From: Octopus sinensis
Taxonomy: Eukaryota
Assembly (NCBI RefSeq): GCF_006345805.1
Contig: NC_043014.1
Location: forward strand, 1,984,001 to 2,048,000
Direction of reading: 5' to 3'
DNA: 64,000 bases
Position numbers and translations under genes: made by a program. Positions 12,224 to 38,945 of the stretch are shown here, piece by piece. The number at the start of each line of letters is the position of its first letter. Position 1 is the stretch's first letter. Under the pieces are notes generated by a model. It saw only the letters and a program-made list of their open reading frames with translations. It made no database searches and was not told where the DNA came from.

Positions 12224-12836
12224 ATGCATGTATGTATGTACGTGTGTGTGTGTGTGCAGGCGACTATGTATGTATGTATGTGAGTAGACCGAACTGTAGA
12301 GGACCCCAGCTGTTGGTGGTGGTTCTCTAATTCTTAGCCTCACACGTGACAGTCAGCCACTCGTTCCACCTGTACAGGTGATGATAGTATAGGCAGTCAG
12401 GAACCTTGAGGATCTACAGAATGGCCTGAACGCAATATACAAGAGAATCTGGAAATACAGATCTAAGCAATTTCAAAACTTCTGCCCTCGTCCCACCAAC
12501 AAATTACAGCCAAAATACAGAGGAGCAGGCTGCACTGATATCCCGAAGACAAACTAAATTCTTGCTTTATCGAAGAGTTCTTCACTTCCAGTGAAAATAC
12601 ACAAAGCCTAGAGGCAAGGAACAAAAACATTATTCTTAATGCGCCATTAAAGAAAAGGGAAATTCGTGATAAAGAGAGAGAGAGAGAGTTATCCCACACG
12701 TTCCTCCCTCATTGGGCCTCATCAGGGCAGCAATTATGCTGTTTGACTTCAGCAGCCATAAGACTCACAGACATACAAAGCTCTATCGTTTTTCTACTTT
12801 CATACGTTGATAGGCATTGCAGTATAGTAACATGCT

Positions 12837-12870
<34 letters not shown>

Positions 12871-13364
12871 ACACACACACACACACACATACATACACAC
12901 ACACACACATACATACACACACACAAACATACACACAGAGATAAACATACATACACACATAAACAAGCACACACAAATACATATAAACATACACACGTAC
13001 ATAAGCATACATACTTACACACTCATATAAACATACACATACACACACACACACATATCTGTGTAATTTCTGTGTTCCCAGGCTGATAAGTACTGAAGCA
13101 TACATATATACGCAACATACCAATATACACACATACACATACATAGCTATAAACACAAATATACGAACATATATATACTTGTTATACACACAAGTGCATC
13201 CACATCCACATACACACACACACACACATATATATATACATGTATGTATATGATTGTGAATGTACATTCATATATATGAGCATATATATATATGTGTGTG
13301 TGTGTGTGTCTATGTATGCATGCATGTATACATGTGTATGTATGTATGAATGAATACATATATA

Positions 13365-13435
<71 letters not shown>

Positions 13436-14748
13436 ATAAAGTCATTAAACTATATTCTGCCACAAAACTTATCTGAATATCCTGAAAGAAATGCCTGTCT
13501 GCCTGCATATATCTCACGGAGTCGATCGTTTCGTCAATTAAACAGCACGAAAACAACAACAATAACAGCAACAATAGCAATAATTAACGAATCTCATTTC
13601 GCATGAACTTCACAACGTCACATTTCTCTCTGCCTGGAACTTCCACCGTTCTTTTCATTCAAAAGGTAAAGCGAAACAATTCACACAATCTTCCATTTCT
13701 GTAAATATAGATCCAACAGTTTCGTTGTGTTTCGCTGGTTATTCAACGTCTGATCGTGACACAGTAATTAGTTTTGATGTAATTAACAAAGGTTACTTTC
13801 CTCTCATCGACAGCCAGTTTCAATAATTACTAAAGGCTCAGTAGATATATACCCGTGGGACGGGTATAATTGTTGATCGTCAGACTTTTGGAAATGCAAT
13901 CATTTAATTGATGGAGAAAAATTATCAGCCAAAATTTACTGGAATTAGAAGACTAAAATGTAAAGAATAATGTTTTGGGCTAAGAATCGTTTCACATAAA
14001 GAAACAATAACCCACTTCCTTGGCTTTTATCGTCTCCAAGAAGCAGTGATAGATATTTCGTAAGTTCATCGTTTCATTTTTGTAATCGTCTCATTAGTTA
14101 AATAGTTTATTTGATAATTCATTGGTAAATAAAAGTAATTGGCAGACGATAAGAGGAGAATACTCTAGAAAGTTTAGTTCGATCTTTTAACTTAAAGTTT
14201 CTGTTGATTAGAATTTCCAAATAATCGACGGGTATTTATCCCCCAAAATATTTACTTCGTTCACAACATAAACTGTATTCTATTGACTTCGATCATATTT
14301 TCTATATTCTCCTTAAATCTTCACTAACAAAATATAATTTTAAGTCTTTTTCTTCATAAATACTATTTTTGTTTTCCCTCAAATATTACACTGTAATATA
14401 TAACAATTCATGTAACAATTACACAATAATTAAACGGCTAATGACGAGATGTTCGCTGTTTATGTACGGCATTTTCAATCTTTCATCGCTCTGTCTATTT
14501 TTATGGTACAATTCCAGTTCCTTAGGGGTTCCACTTCTAATACGTGTAAGTTCGCTTCTCTGTTATACAGGGAATTTATTGGAGGAGTGTAAAGGGATTA
14601 TTTGGACAAGTGGTTGTTTTATATGGGAACGTAGATTAGTTTGGATTTGTGGTGGTTACTAATCGGTATAGGGAACATGTATGTATGTCATTATTCAGTT
14701 TATTTCAAGATTTCTTACCAGTAGAGAAAGAACCGGTCTCCAACCTAG

Positions 14749-14978
14749 GCGGCGAGCTGGCAGAAACGTTAGCGCGTCATGCGAAATGCTTAGCGGTATT
14801 TCGTCTGTCGCAACGTTCTGAGTTCAAATTCCGCCGAGGTCGACTTTGCCTTTCATCCTTTCGGGGTCGATAAATTAAGTACCAGTTGTGCACTGGGGTC
14901 GATTTAATCGACTTAATACCTATGTCTGTCCTTGTTTGTCCCCTCTATGTTTAGCCCCTTGTGGGTAATAAAGAAATA
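14749..14978 (+). mobile_element. tRNA-derived SINE, family C (Meta-domain-like core), monomer
   Basis: GCGAGCTGGCAGAAACG ... GAGTTCAAATTCC ... GAGGTCGACTTTGCCTTTCATCCTTTCGGGGTCGATAAATTAAGTACCAG resembles the MetaSINE/Sauria-SINE central domain. Imperfect 14-bp TSD GGTYTCYAACCTAG at 14735 and 14979. Confidence 0.8.
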
Positions 14979-15075
14979 GGTTTCTAACCTAGATCCAAGG
15001 CTCCTTCATTGCAATTTTAACATCAACAACAGGGTAATTTTGTATGTATGTATGTATGTATATATGTATGTAGGC

Positions 15076-15106
<31 letters not shown>

Positions 15107-15606
15107 TGCATGCATGCATGTATGTATGTATGTATGTATGTATGTGTATGTGTGTGTGTGTATGTATACATGTATGTATGTATGTATGTATGTATTGTCT
15201 ACTATTCTCTTGACATCACATAATTCCTTGCTTCTTCTATATTAAATAGAATTATAGGATTATGAGTCACACTGGTTACAATGAAAGGTTAATGTGTTTA
15301 TATGTATATTTGAAAAAATTATGTTAGTGCGAAGGGAATTTGACAGTCTTTTCTCTTACTAATCGAAAGCAGAGATATGGTGAGAGTAAATACAGTTTAT
15401 AAACTTTGTATTAATTTATGTCACGTGGTCATATGTTGGTAATTTCCTCTCTGAGCTTACGAAAAACTTGAGTACACAGTCTGAGTAACAATGTCATCTA
15501 TGTAGAATGTACTCAGCTGAGTACATTCAAATATTTCATGACTTCTGAGCAAATACGAAATCTACTTTGTTTTATTTAAAATCATTTCAGTAAATTTATT
15601 CGAAAT

Positions 15607-28732
<13,126 letters not shown>

Positions 28733-29061
28733 ATTATATTTCATAAAATGCTTCTGTTTCGTTCCAAATATATATTTCTTTATAAACTGTCTTTTTTAGA
28801 GGATTTGTCCCATAAATATACTTTGCGTCACATGCGTGTATACACATGGATACACACATAAAGTGAGTTCTAAATATGATAAGTAGACTAAAAAAAAATT
28901 ATCCATATTATCCATTTATTATTAACTCCATCGCTAAAGTATGACGTGATATTGTGGTAAATAGTTCGATCCTCAAGCACATGGTTACGGGTTCAGTTCC
29001 ACTGTGTGGCACATTGGGAAAGTGTTTCTGCTATATTCCAACTATATATCTATATATATAT

Positions 29062-29124
<63 letters not shown>

Positions 29125-29149
29125 TATCTATAACATACATACATAATAC

Positions 29150-29211
<62 letters not shown>

Positions 29212-29236
29212 CCATACATACATACATACATTAAAT

Positions 29237-29284
<48 letters not shown>

Positions 29285-29661
29285 CATTCTCGAAACAATG
29301 TGGTTGGAAAGGATGCAAACGTTTTACAACAGAGTCACACCTGTCCTTTTTGTTTCGGGTGAGAGAAGCACTTTCCGAGATGCCTACGGTACAACACCAG
29401 AAGCTATTTCTTGAAATATTTATTCAGGAAAAGTGAAGAACGTTTTCACAAACATATATCAGGGAAATAGACACATTATAAAAAATAAAAATAAAATAAA
29501 AATAAATAAATAATAAATAAATAAATTTAAAAAAAATGAAATGAAATAATTGAAAAGTAAACAGTGAGAAAAGCAATGAGGTATAATGATATAAAATAAA
29601 AATAATGGTGGAAAGGCAGAAAGCATCAGTGTTTAAACGGCGGATGAAATATATGCATATT

Positions 29662-29886
29662 CTCTCTTTACTCTCTTTTACTCTTTTACTTGCTTCAGCC
29701 ATTTGACTGCGACCATGCTGGAGCACCGCCTTTAGTCGAGCAAATCGACCGCGGGACTTATTCTTTTGTAAGCCCAGTACTTATTCTATCGGTATATTTT
29801 GCCGAACTGCTAAGTGACGGGGACGTAAACACATCAGCATCGGTTGTCAAGCAATGCTAGGGGGACAAACACAGACACACAAACAT

Positions 29887-29969
<83 letters not shown>

Positions 29970-30141
29970 TATATACGACAGGCTTCTTTCAGTTTCCGTC
30001 TACCAAATCCACTCACAAGGCATTGGTCGGCCCGGGGCTATAGCAGAAGACACTTGCCCAAGATGCCACGCAGTGGGACTGAACCCGGAACCATGTGGTT
30101 GGTTAGCAAGCTACTTACCACACAGCCGCTCCTGCGCCTAT
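29662..30141 (-). mobile_element. SINE family B, full length
   Basis: Reverse complement of the 1795-2203 element. Confidence 0.85.
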
Positions 30142-30655
30142 CTCTATCTATATAGAGATAAATACGTATACCTCTGTAAACACGTCTCTATATGTTTTTG
30201 TTGTACGCTTATTCGTTTGTTGCTTTCCCGCTTTTCAGGCATGTACTTTCACTTTTCTGACGGCGCTTCGTTTTTTTCCCCTTTGCGCCCCTAAGTGAAC
30301 GCAGGTTGTTGTAGTCGCTCGTCTTTGTCTGTGTGTTTGTAAAGTGAGTAGAAATAAGCATTGGGTGTGTGGCTCGAACTCATTAAAGTTTGATTTGTTT
30401 AGCTTAAAAACTAGAAGACGGGTGAACCAAAATGAATTTTTTGTCTTTGTTTACAAACGATAAGCAGGGGAAATAATTCCTGATGTTATTTTGTTGAAAT
30501 ACGAATTCATCTGAGAATTCTTTTATTAAATTAAATTCTATTTTATTCTTGTGTCTGCACAAGGCATGCATCACCCCCTCCGATACCTTTTCTTTTTCAT
30601 TTTCGTTTCTTTCTTCTTTGTCTCATATTTTACTCGTGTTATTTGTGTAATTACA

Positions 30656-30687
<32 letters not shown>

Positions 30688-31591
30688 GCACTCACACACA
30701 GACACACTCACACACACTCACACACACTCACACACACACACTCACACAACACACACACACACACACGCACACACACACACACGCACACACACACACACTC
30801 ACGTATGCTTTGTGTTTCTATTATTCGTTAATTTCAGGCTTTGTTGTGTCCCTCAGGTCAGTGCTCCCTTCTGAAATAGTTGGTCGAGAACAAACCCCCT
30901 AAGGCTTACTGCATCTTATCTGTCGGTACTGGAATTTCCGGTCTTACTTCCCCTCCACTTTTGGGTAAGTTTATCCCGTCGCTAGAAAGAGGTAGGAGTT
31001 AGCTCCCCTGCTCGCAAGTTATCGAATGCAGCTGTGCTTCTATAACCAGCTAGAGGAGATGTCCTCTTAGGGTTAAAATATCGCAGCAGAGTCCGTTCGA
31101 ACAGACAGCCATGTAGAAGTGGCTACGAATATTACTTATCAATATTAACCTTCAACATAGTTATACAAACTAACTTGTAAAACCACCAATATACCACTAA
31201 AGAATCAAGGGTTGTATCCTTAAATGTGGGTACCTCCGCAATCAGCAATTTCGAACAATTTAGAACAGAATTTGGCAAACTACGGCCATCGGCCTCACTT
31301 CATTCGATCCGCCGACTTTATTGAATTCCCGAAAAAGTACATTGCATAAACATTTTTTTGTTTTCCTTATTTAACTTTCGTTATCAAATAATAATATCTA
31401 TCTATCTGTGTGTGTGTGTGTGTATGTATGTTTGTGTCTATATATATACACACACAATAGGCTATATGTGTGTGTATATATATATAACATTAAGGAGAGG
31501 AGAACACAAATTCAAAGGCCGATGTATATATTCATTCATTCAATCCATATTAACGAAATTCTCCATGGTATATAAAGTACATACATAGTTT

Positions 31592-31652
<61 letters not shown>

Positions 31653-32181
31653 ATTTAGAATTATAAAGTAGTCAGAATGTTGGATGATTATATATATTTT
31701 TATTTACATTTTAGTTACACTTTTAGCGCTTTCTTCCGTTATCGAATTTATCAAAAAGTGGTTTAAAGTGAGATTTCTTGGCTTTTTTATATATAGAAAA
31801 AATATTGTGGGATTTTCCAAGCAAGGGAGAAGAAAGAAGAAAAAGTTTGAGAAGGAGGGGGAGGTAAAGAGGCACTGACGACCGCTCGATCGTGGTTTCG
31901 ATTCCAGGACGGTGCATTGCATTGTGCTCGAGCAAAGCACTTTCATTTCATGCTGCTCCAGTGCCCGGCGGCAAATAATCCTTTCTACTAAAAGCACAAA
32001 GCCTGGAATTTGAGGGGAGAAATACATCGACCCCAGTGTTTCACTGGTACTTCATTTATCGACCCCGAGAAGATGAAAAGTAAAGTGGTCCTCGGCTGAA
32101 TTTGAACTCAGAAAGTAGCGACGGTCGAAATACCGCTAAGTATTTCGTTCAGCGCGCTAATGATTCTTCCATCTCGCTACC

Positions 32182-32237
<56 letters not shown>

Positions 32238-32240
<3 letters not shown>

Positions 32241-32520
32241 CAGAATGTGGAATCTAAAAACAGAAACAATTCCTATCATAGTAGGTGCATTAGGCATAAT
32301 AAAAAAATATTCAGACAAATACATAACAAAAACACCAGGACTTACAAACACATATAACATACAGAAAATTGCACTACTAGGCACTGCACACAATCCTACG
32401 CAGAACACTTTCCATACAGTAACCATCAGAGCATCACAACAAATCACAGCACATACCCAAGGCACACAGAGCTGCGCTCGGTAGTGAAGTGAAAGCACGC
32501 TATAAAAAATAAAACTACTG
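32238..32520 (+). mobile_element. Second R4/Dong-type 3' fragment (different subfamily) in (TAA)n
   Basis: MWNLKTETIPIIVGALGIIKK...IQKIALLGTAH, then a 3' UTR; (TAA)n on both sides. Confidence 0.75.
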
Positions 32521-32917
32521 AATAATAATAATAATAATAAGACGATCGCGATGCGATTTGTAATGAATTGAGATTGACTCTGTTTATTGAATGAAACGAA
32601 GTGAGCTTTGCTTCGACAAAGTATCTGTCTTCCTCGGGTTCAAAATGTAAAATGAAAAGAACGTAGGAATACAAAAATTCTAAATATGAACAGGAATATT
32701 CCGTTTATATTATCTTTTTTTCAGACAAAATGTCGTCATCATTTTTCACTTTTTCATAAATGATAACAAAAGAAAAAGAAAGAAAAAAAAGGAAACAAAA
32801 CAGAACACATTATCAAATAAGAAATACTAAATTTCTCAGTGAATAGACTTCACTGAATTATAGATATATACAATACGAAGTCGAGACAAATATCGCCAGC
32901 CGACCGGTGTCTGCTAC

Positions 32918-32962
32918 TCTAGGCCGATGAAGGACAATGATCCTGAAACACGTGTCCCTAGA
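32918..32962 (+). ncRNA. Minimal type I hammerhead ribozyme motif with a U4C core variant
   Basis: UCUAGG-CCGAUGA-AGGA(CAAUGA)UCCU-GAAA-CACGUG-UC-CCUAGA. Perfect 6-bp stem I, 4-bp stem II, palindromic ACACGUGU stem III, GUC triplet with cleavage predicted after 32956. Confidence 0.6.
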
Positions 32963-33199
32963 TGCAGCTTCGGCGGCCGGGGGTGTTTGTCTCCCCTTCG
33001 TAAATGTATATAAGGACACAGGGAAAAATGTGTCAAAGCCATCAGGAGGCATCGATGCTTCCTAGGGCTATACAGCGGTGGTGTACCCCCCTACTGTCAC
33101 GTTCGTGTTAGATTGACAGTATACAACCATATTATCAAATAGTTTTGTGTAAATGCGATGAAATTTACCCGTCATTTTATTCATTCCTCGAACGCGTAA

Positions 33200-33430
33200 C
33201 GTTAGACATTCACACGAATATTTATCTTCTTGTGTTTCGGGGACAAAGTGTATTAGAGCAAGAATATTTTCTGAGATTCTGGACTTTCAGGTGTTCCTCA
33301 AAATTAAAGCCTTTAGATGTTAAATGTTCGGCAAGTTCTGTCAAACCATTGCTATTCTGTTCGATTCTTTTGTTTAATTGTTCTGTTGTGAAACCAACAT
33401 AAATCGAATTGTGTTTGGTGCCTTCTGCTA
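33200..33430 (-). mobile_element. Possible GIY-YIG (Penelope-like) remnant just downstream of the gene B stop
   Basis: Minus frame SIYVGFTTEQLNKRIEQNSNGLTELAEHLTSKGFNFEEHLKV resembles YIG.T.R.L..RI.EH...LAEH...GH.F of PLE endonucleases. Confidence 0.4.
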
Positions 33431-33523
33431 CACCAAACGAGAACCTTTAAACGTCCCATCATTCTTTTATAAATCGTAAGTTATAACAGGAATGTTATGA
33501 ATTATCACAGCAGTAACAAAACG

Positions 33524-36399
33524 TTAGGGACTAGAGTTTATTCCTGTAGACTTTTTTTGTAGACATTTTTTGCAACATCTATCACGGTAGGTAATGAACA
33601 GAAATAATATTATTGCAATCAGTGCGCAGACTCCACCTCCGTAGAAAACAATCAAAAACGATTTCGTGGTATCGAAAATCGATCCTGAAACAAAAAGCAA
33701 TTCATTTATTAAACTGCAAATAAATTAATACTTCGTTTACAAAAATTGATGCTACTCAACCGCATTAGTTCTTTCAGATATTAATTGATTGTTAATATTC
33801 AGTCAAATACTAATCATAAGCTCATTAATTCTTTAATTAAAATGTATATATATTTTTTGTTAATTACAACCAATGAAATATAATTCTAATTAAAACATTA
33901 AATTGTAACAAACTTCATATTTCGTTTGCATAAATTGATTTTATTCCACGTTATTAAATCTTTCGAATATTAATTATAAAAAAAGCTCTTTTCATGAAAA
34001 GGAAACTTGATAAAGTCAATTACAATGGTACAGACCTTAGTATATAACTGGTATTTTACAGACCATACATTGATAAATGATTCAGGTAAATGATTAATTA
34101 TTTCAATTAAAAAAACATTTCTCACCTAAATAAATTAAACTAGCATTCCGTCGGTTTCGACGACGGATATTCTAGTTGATCCGATCAACGGAACAACCTG
34201 CTCGTGAAATTAACATGCAAGTGGCTGAGTACTCCACAGACACATGTACCATTAACGTAGTTCTCAGGGAGATTCAGTGTGACACAGAATGTGACAAAGC
34301 TGTCCCTTTGAAATCCAGCTACAACTCATTTTTGCCAGCTGAGTGGATTGGAGTAAGGTGTAATAAAGTGTTTTGCAACGTACCATCAGGAATCGAACAC
34401 ACGACTACCCTAATCACTAAGCCATGCGCCGTCATGCGCTGTAGATAAAATGTATCAGTCCATTCTTTGAATTGACTTCAACTCCAGACAAATATTGTTA
34501 TTACTTGATATAATGCTTGCTACTAGAGACATAAGGCCTGAAATATGGGGGAAGGGGGTAGTCGATTAGATCGACCCCAGTGCGTAACTGGTATTTATTT
34601 AATAGACCCCGAAAGGATGAAAGGCAAAGTCGACCTCGGCGGAATTTGAACTCAGAACGTAAAGACAGACGAAATACCTATTTCTTTACTACCCACAAGG
34701 GGCTAAACACAGAGGGGACAAACAAGGACAGACAAACGGATTAAGTCGATTACATAGACCCCAGTGCGTAACTGGTATTTATTTAATCGACCCCGAAAGG
34801 ATGAAAGGCAAAGTCGACCTCAGAATTTGATCTCAGATGAAATACTGCTAAGCATTTCGCCCGGCGTGCTAACGATTCTGCCAGCTCGCTGCCTTGTTAT
34901 TATTTGATATAATGCTTGCTAGTCGAGAATTTTTAACACATACTATTGACTCTAGTGTCTATTGAACAGCAGGTTTACTATATCAATCATCTTCGTTTGA
35001 TTAGATTGGTCCCAGTGCTCCATTGGGTTTTTATTTTATCGATCTGAAGAGAAGAAAGGTTAAGTTGATCACTCCAGAAATATCAATAAATGACAAATAT
35101 TTTTTGTCTTAAGAATTGGACAAGCATGAGTTCCAAGACGAAAAGCATATTTATTATTAATAGTTGCCCATTTATTTTTAACATTTATTTTTAACATGAA
35201 AGGCATTCTTTGTAGGATGTTCTTTTCGAACAACATTTCCCTATAGAATTTGTGTAGAAATATACCAGGTTCCATTGAAATTGAGAGATTATTAGACACC
35301 GATGTTTCGGCTTAATTTATAAATTATTTTTCTGAAAGAGAGAAACGTGGGGTTAACGTATACGAATATCCCTCATTCATAAGGCAGCGAGCTGGCAGAA
35401 CCGTTAGCACGCCGGGCGAAATGCTTAGCAGAATTTCGTCTGTCTTTATGTTCTGAGTTCAAATTTCACCGAGGTCGACTTTGCCTTTCATCCTTTCGGG
35501 GTCGATTAAATAAGTACCAGTTACGCACTGGAGTCGATGTAATCGACTTAATCCCTTTGTCTGTCCTTATTTGTCCGCTCTGTGTTTACCCCCTTGTGGG
35601 TAGTAAAGAAATAGGTATTTCGTCTGTCTTTATGTTCTGAGTTCAAATTCCGCCGTGGTCGACTTTGTCTTTCCTCCTTTCGGGGTCGATAAATTAAATA
35701 CCAGTTACGTACTGGGGTCGAGATAATAGACTTGCCCCCACTCCAAAAATTCCGGGCCTTGTGCTCAGTGTAGAAGAAAATATTCCTTATTCACACGAAT
35801 CAGAAGACATGACCGTTATTGAAGGCCCATATTTTGTCGGTTCGGTTCTATTACTTCTTAATTTACCAAAATGAATTCAATAATATCAATAAACTTACCA
35901 ATGAGAGGAGAAGAAGTAAAATATGAAATTCCACTGATGAAACTCAGAATGCTGTAAGCTTTTGTCGCGTGTTCTTTACTCGCTATTTCTGTGGTGAGGA
36001 TGAGTCGGAGGGATACGATAAGCCCTGAAGAGAAAATAAAATAGTAAAAAAAAATATGTCATTCAAAACCCAATATTTTATTCCTTAAAAGGAACTCTGC
36101 ATAACGTACGTCAGATTAACATTTATCCCCTGAAAATACTTTCCTCTCTCATGAACCTAATTACTTATCTGGTTGAGAAAACCGAACCCAATATAATGTA
36201 CGGCAGATTAACATCTTTCCTCAGAATACGTTGGCTCAGGCGTGGCTTTTTGGTAAGAAAATTGCCATTCCAAACCACATGGTTCTGGTTTCAGTCTCGC
36301 TGCGTGGCACATTGAGTAAGTGTCTTCTACTATAACCCCAGGCCGACCAAAGTTTTACGAGTGAATTTGGTAGACGGAAACTGAAGGAAGCTCGTAATA

Positions 36400-36476
<77 letters not shown>

Positions 36477-36503
36477 GTCTATGTATGTATGTATGTATGT
36501 ATG

Positions 36504-36562
<59 letters not shown>

Positions 36563-36640
36563 GTTTTCTTTGTATCGTCTATTGTTATCCCGTTTTTGTA
36601 TCACCTAACTCCGTATGTTTTGCGTTCTTGTCCCATTTTG

Positions 36641-36682
<42 letters not shown>

Positions 36683-36945
36683 CCTACCCAGCTGTATTTA
36701 TAGCACAGAATCAATCATCTTGCTACAGTCAAAAATTGTGAAGCATGACTGTCAACACTACTACATGAACACCCGAAGATTGCAGAATTCAATGCATGAA
36801 AGTACTAGTTCAATCAGAATGAACATTTAACATTCTACCATTTCATTTTATTTTATTCAATTATAATATATTATCTTATAATATATCATTATAAGATTGT
36901 AAATAAAACGTGAAAATCAGACAAGGTTGTAATTCCTTTTTATTA

Positions 36946-36980
<35 letters not shown>

Positions 36981-38667
36981 ATTATATATATATATATATG
37001 TATATATATGTATATATGTATATGTATATATGTATGCATATATGTATGTATGTGTCTTTGTGATTTTTTTAATCATTTGTTATTCTCTACAGCCGTTTCC
37101 ATCACCATCACATTATAATCTTTTGCCTTTCATCATTTATTTGTTGCAGTCATTGGACTGTGGTTATACTGGGATATAGCTTTGGTGCGTCTTCTCGAAC
37201 AAATAATGAAAACTGATTTAAAAAGAAAAACTTACCAATTGATAATCCAACCATGCAAACCAGAGGAGCGATGTATTCAAATTGATCGCAGTGCGGCATC
37301 AAAAAGGCACTGGAGGAGAGTAACAACAGAGCGAAGATGAAAATTTTGGCGCTTGTAAAATGAAGCAGATCCATGAAAACACCGAATGACAGTTCCCCAA
37401 CTATTGCGAATAATCCATGAAGCGTAACCAAAATTGCTGACTTCCTTTGGCTCATTCCAAACGACCAAACACACATCGGGGGTATATAAGTCGTCATTAT
37501 TACCGTATCTGAAATAGAAGAAACATATATCTACATATATATAATATCAGGGTGACAATAAATTATAGAAATTTTTTTATTACCAGTGGTCTAGCACAAA
37601 GAAATTTAGCCAATAGACTATATATTATTCATATAAAATACAGTGTACATTAAAACACATAAAGAGGCTTCCATCATAGGAATACCTTGCGCTAGAAAGA
37701 ACAGTTAAAGTTCAGGCCACTAATTAGGGATAAATTCTCGAAGGGAATGAAAAATAAAAACATTTACCATCTAATTCAATTCCCGGACAATGGTTTCTGA
37801 CTTCGAGAATTTATCCCTAATTAGTGGCTTGAACTTTAACTGTTCTTTCTTTCGCTAGGCATTCCTATGATGGAAGCCTTTTAATGTATTTTAATGTACA
37901 CGGTATTTTATATGAATAATATATATGTATATATACATATGAGGGGCTGCGTGCACTCCAACATTTCCTTCACCTTCGACCCAATCCCCAACTTGACACA
38001 TCCACACTCGTTCGTCTGGCCGAACTTGTCCTCTCACTCAACTGCTTCTTGTTCGCGGGTGATTTCTACAAGCAAGTCTCGGGAGTGGCCATGGGAAGGA
38101 GAATGGGCCCCAACTATGCGAACCTGCTCGTTGGCTACGTTGAGGCTAAAATATTCTCAAGTTTCAGTGGTCTCACTACCGAACTATATGGACGATATAT
38201 TGACAACTGTATTGGTGCAACCTCCCTCACCCGCGAACATCAAGACTCCTTCCTCTCTTTTGTCAAATTTTTCCATCTTGCCCTCCACTTCTCCTGCACT
38301 ATCTCTGACACTCCTGTCTCATATCTTGACATTTCGGTCAGCATTTATCATTCCACTCTTACCACCTCCATCCACTACAAACACACAGACTCACACTCAC
38401 ACCTCAGCTTCTCTTCCTCCCACCCTAAACACACCAAGCTTTCCATCCCCTATTCCCAATTCCTCCGTCTACGCAGGCTCTGTAGTGACGGCAACAGATG
38501 GTGGCATGTCTATGTTCCCGTAACTTAGCGGCTCGGCCCAAGAGACCGATAGAATAGGTACTAGGCTTACAAAGAATAAGTGTTGGGGTCGATTTGTTCG
38601 ACTAAATGCGGTGCTCCAGCATGGCCGCAGTCAAATGACCGAAACAAATAAAAGAATAAAGGAATTC

Positions 38668-38721
<54 letters not shown>

Positions 38722-38909
38722 TACATATACATATATATATACATATATATATAAGTGTGTGTGTGTCTATGTACATTATCTCTTACACACACACAAATAT
38801 ACATACATACACACACACACATAAATATCGCACACGCATAGAATCAAATATACGCGGCTGTGTGGGATGTGTGAGTATGTGCAGTAGTAGTCATAACAGC
38901 AATTTTTGG

Positions 38910-38945
<36 letters not shown>

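Noticed and set aside
12330-12480. Possible LINE RT fragment (LEDLQNGLNAIY)
   Set aside because: Too short and degenerate to assign.
35069-35299. 76-aa minus ORF and the acceptor near 35332 as the last exon of gene B
   Set aside because: The required phase gives an immediate stop (EK*), and the real homologous terminal exon is at 33684-33524.
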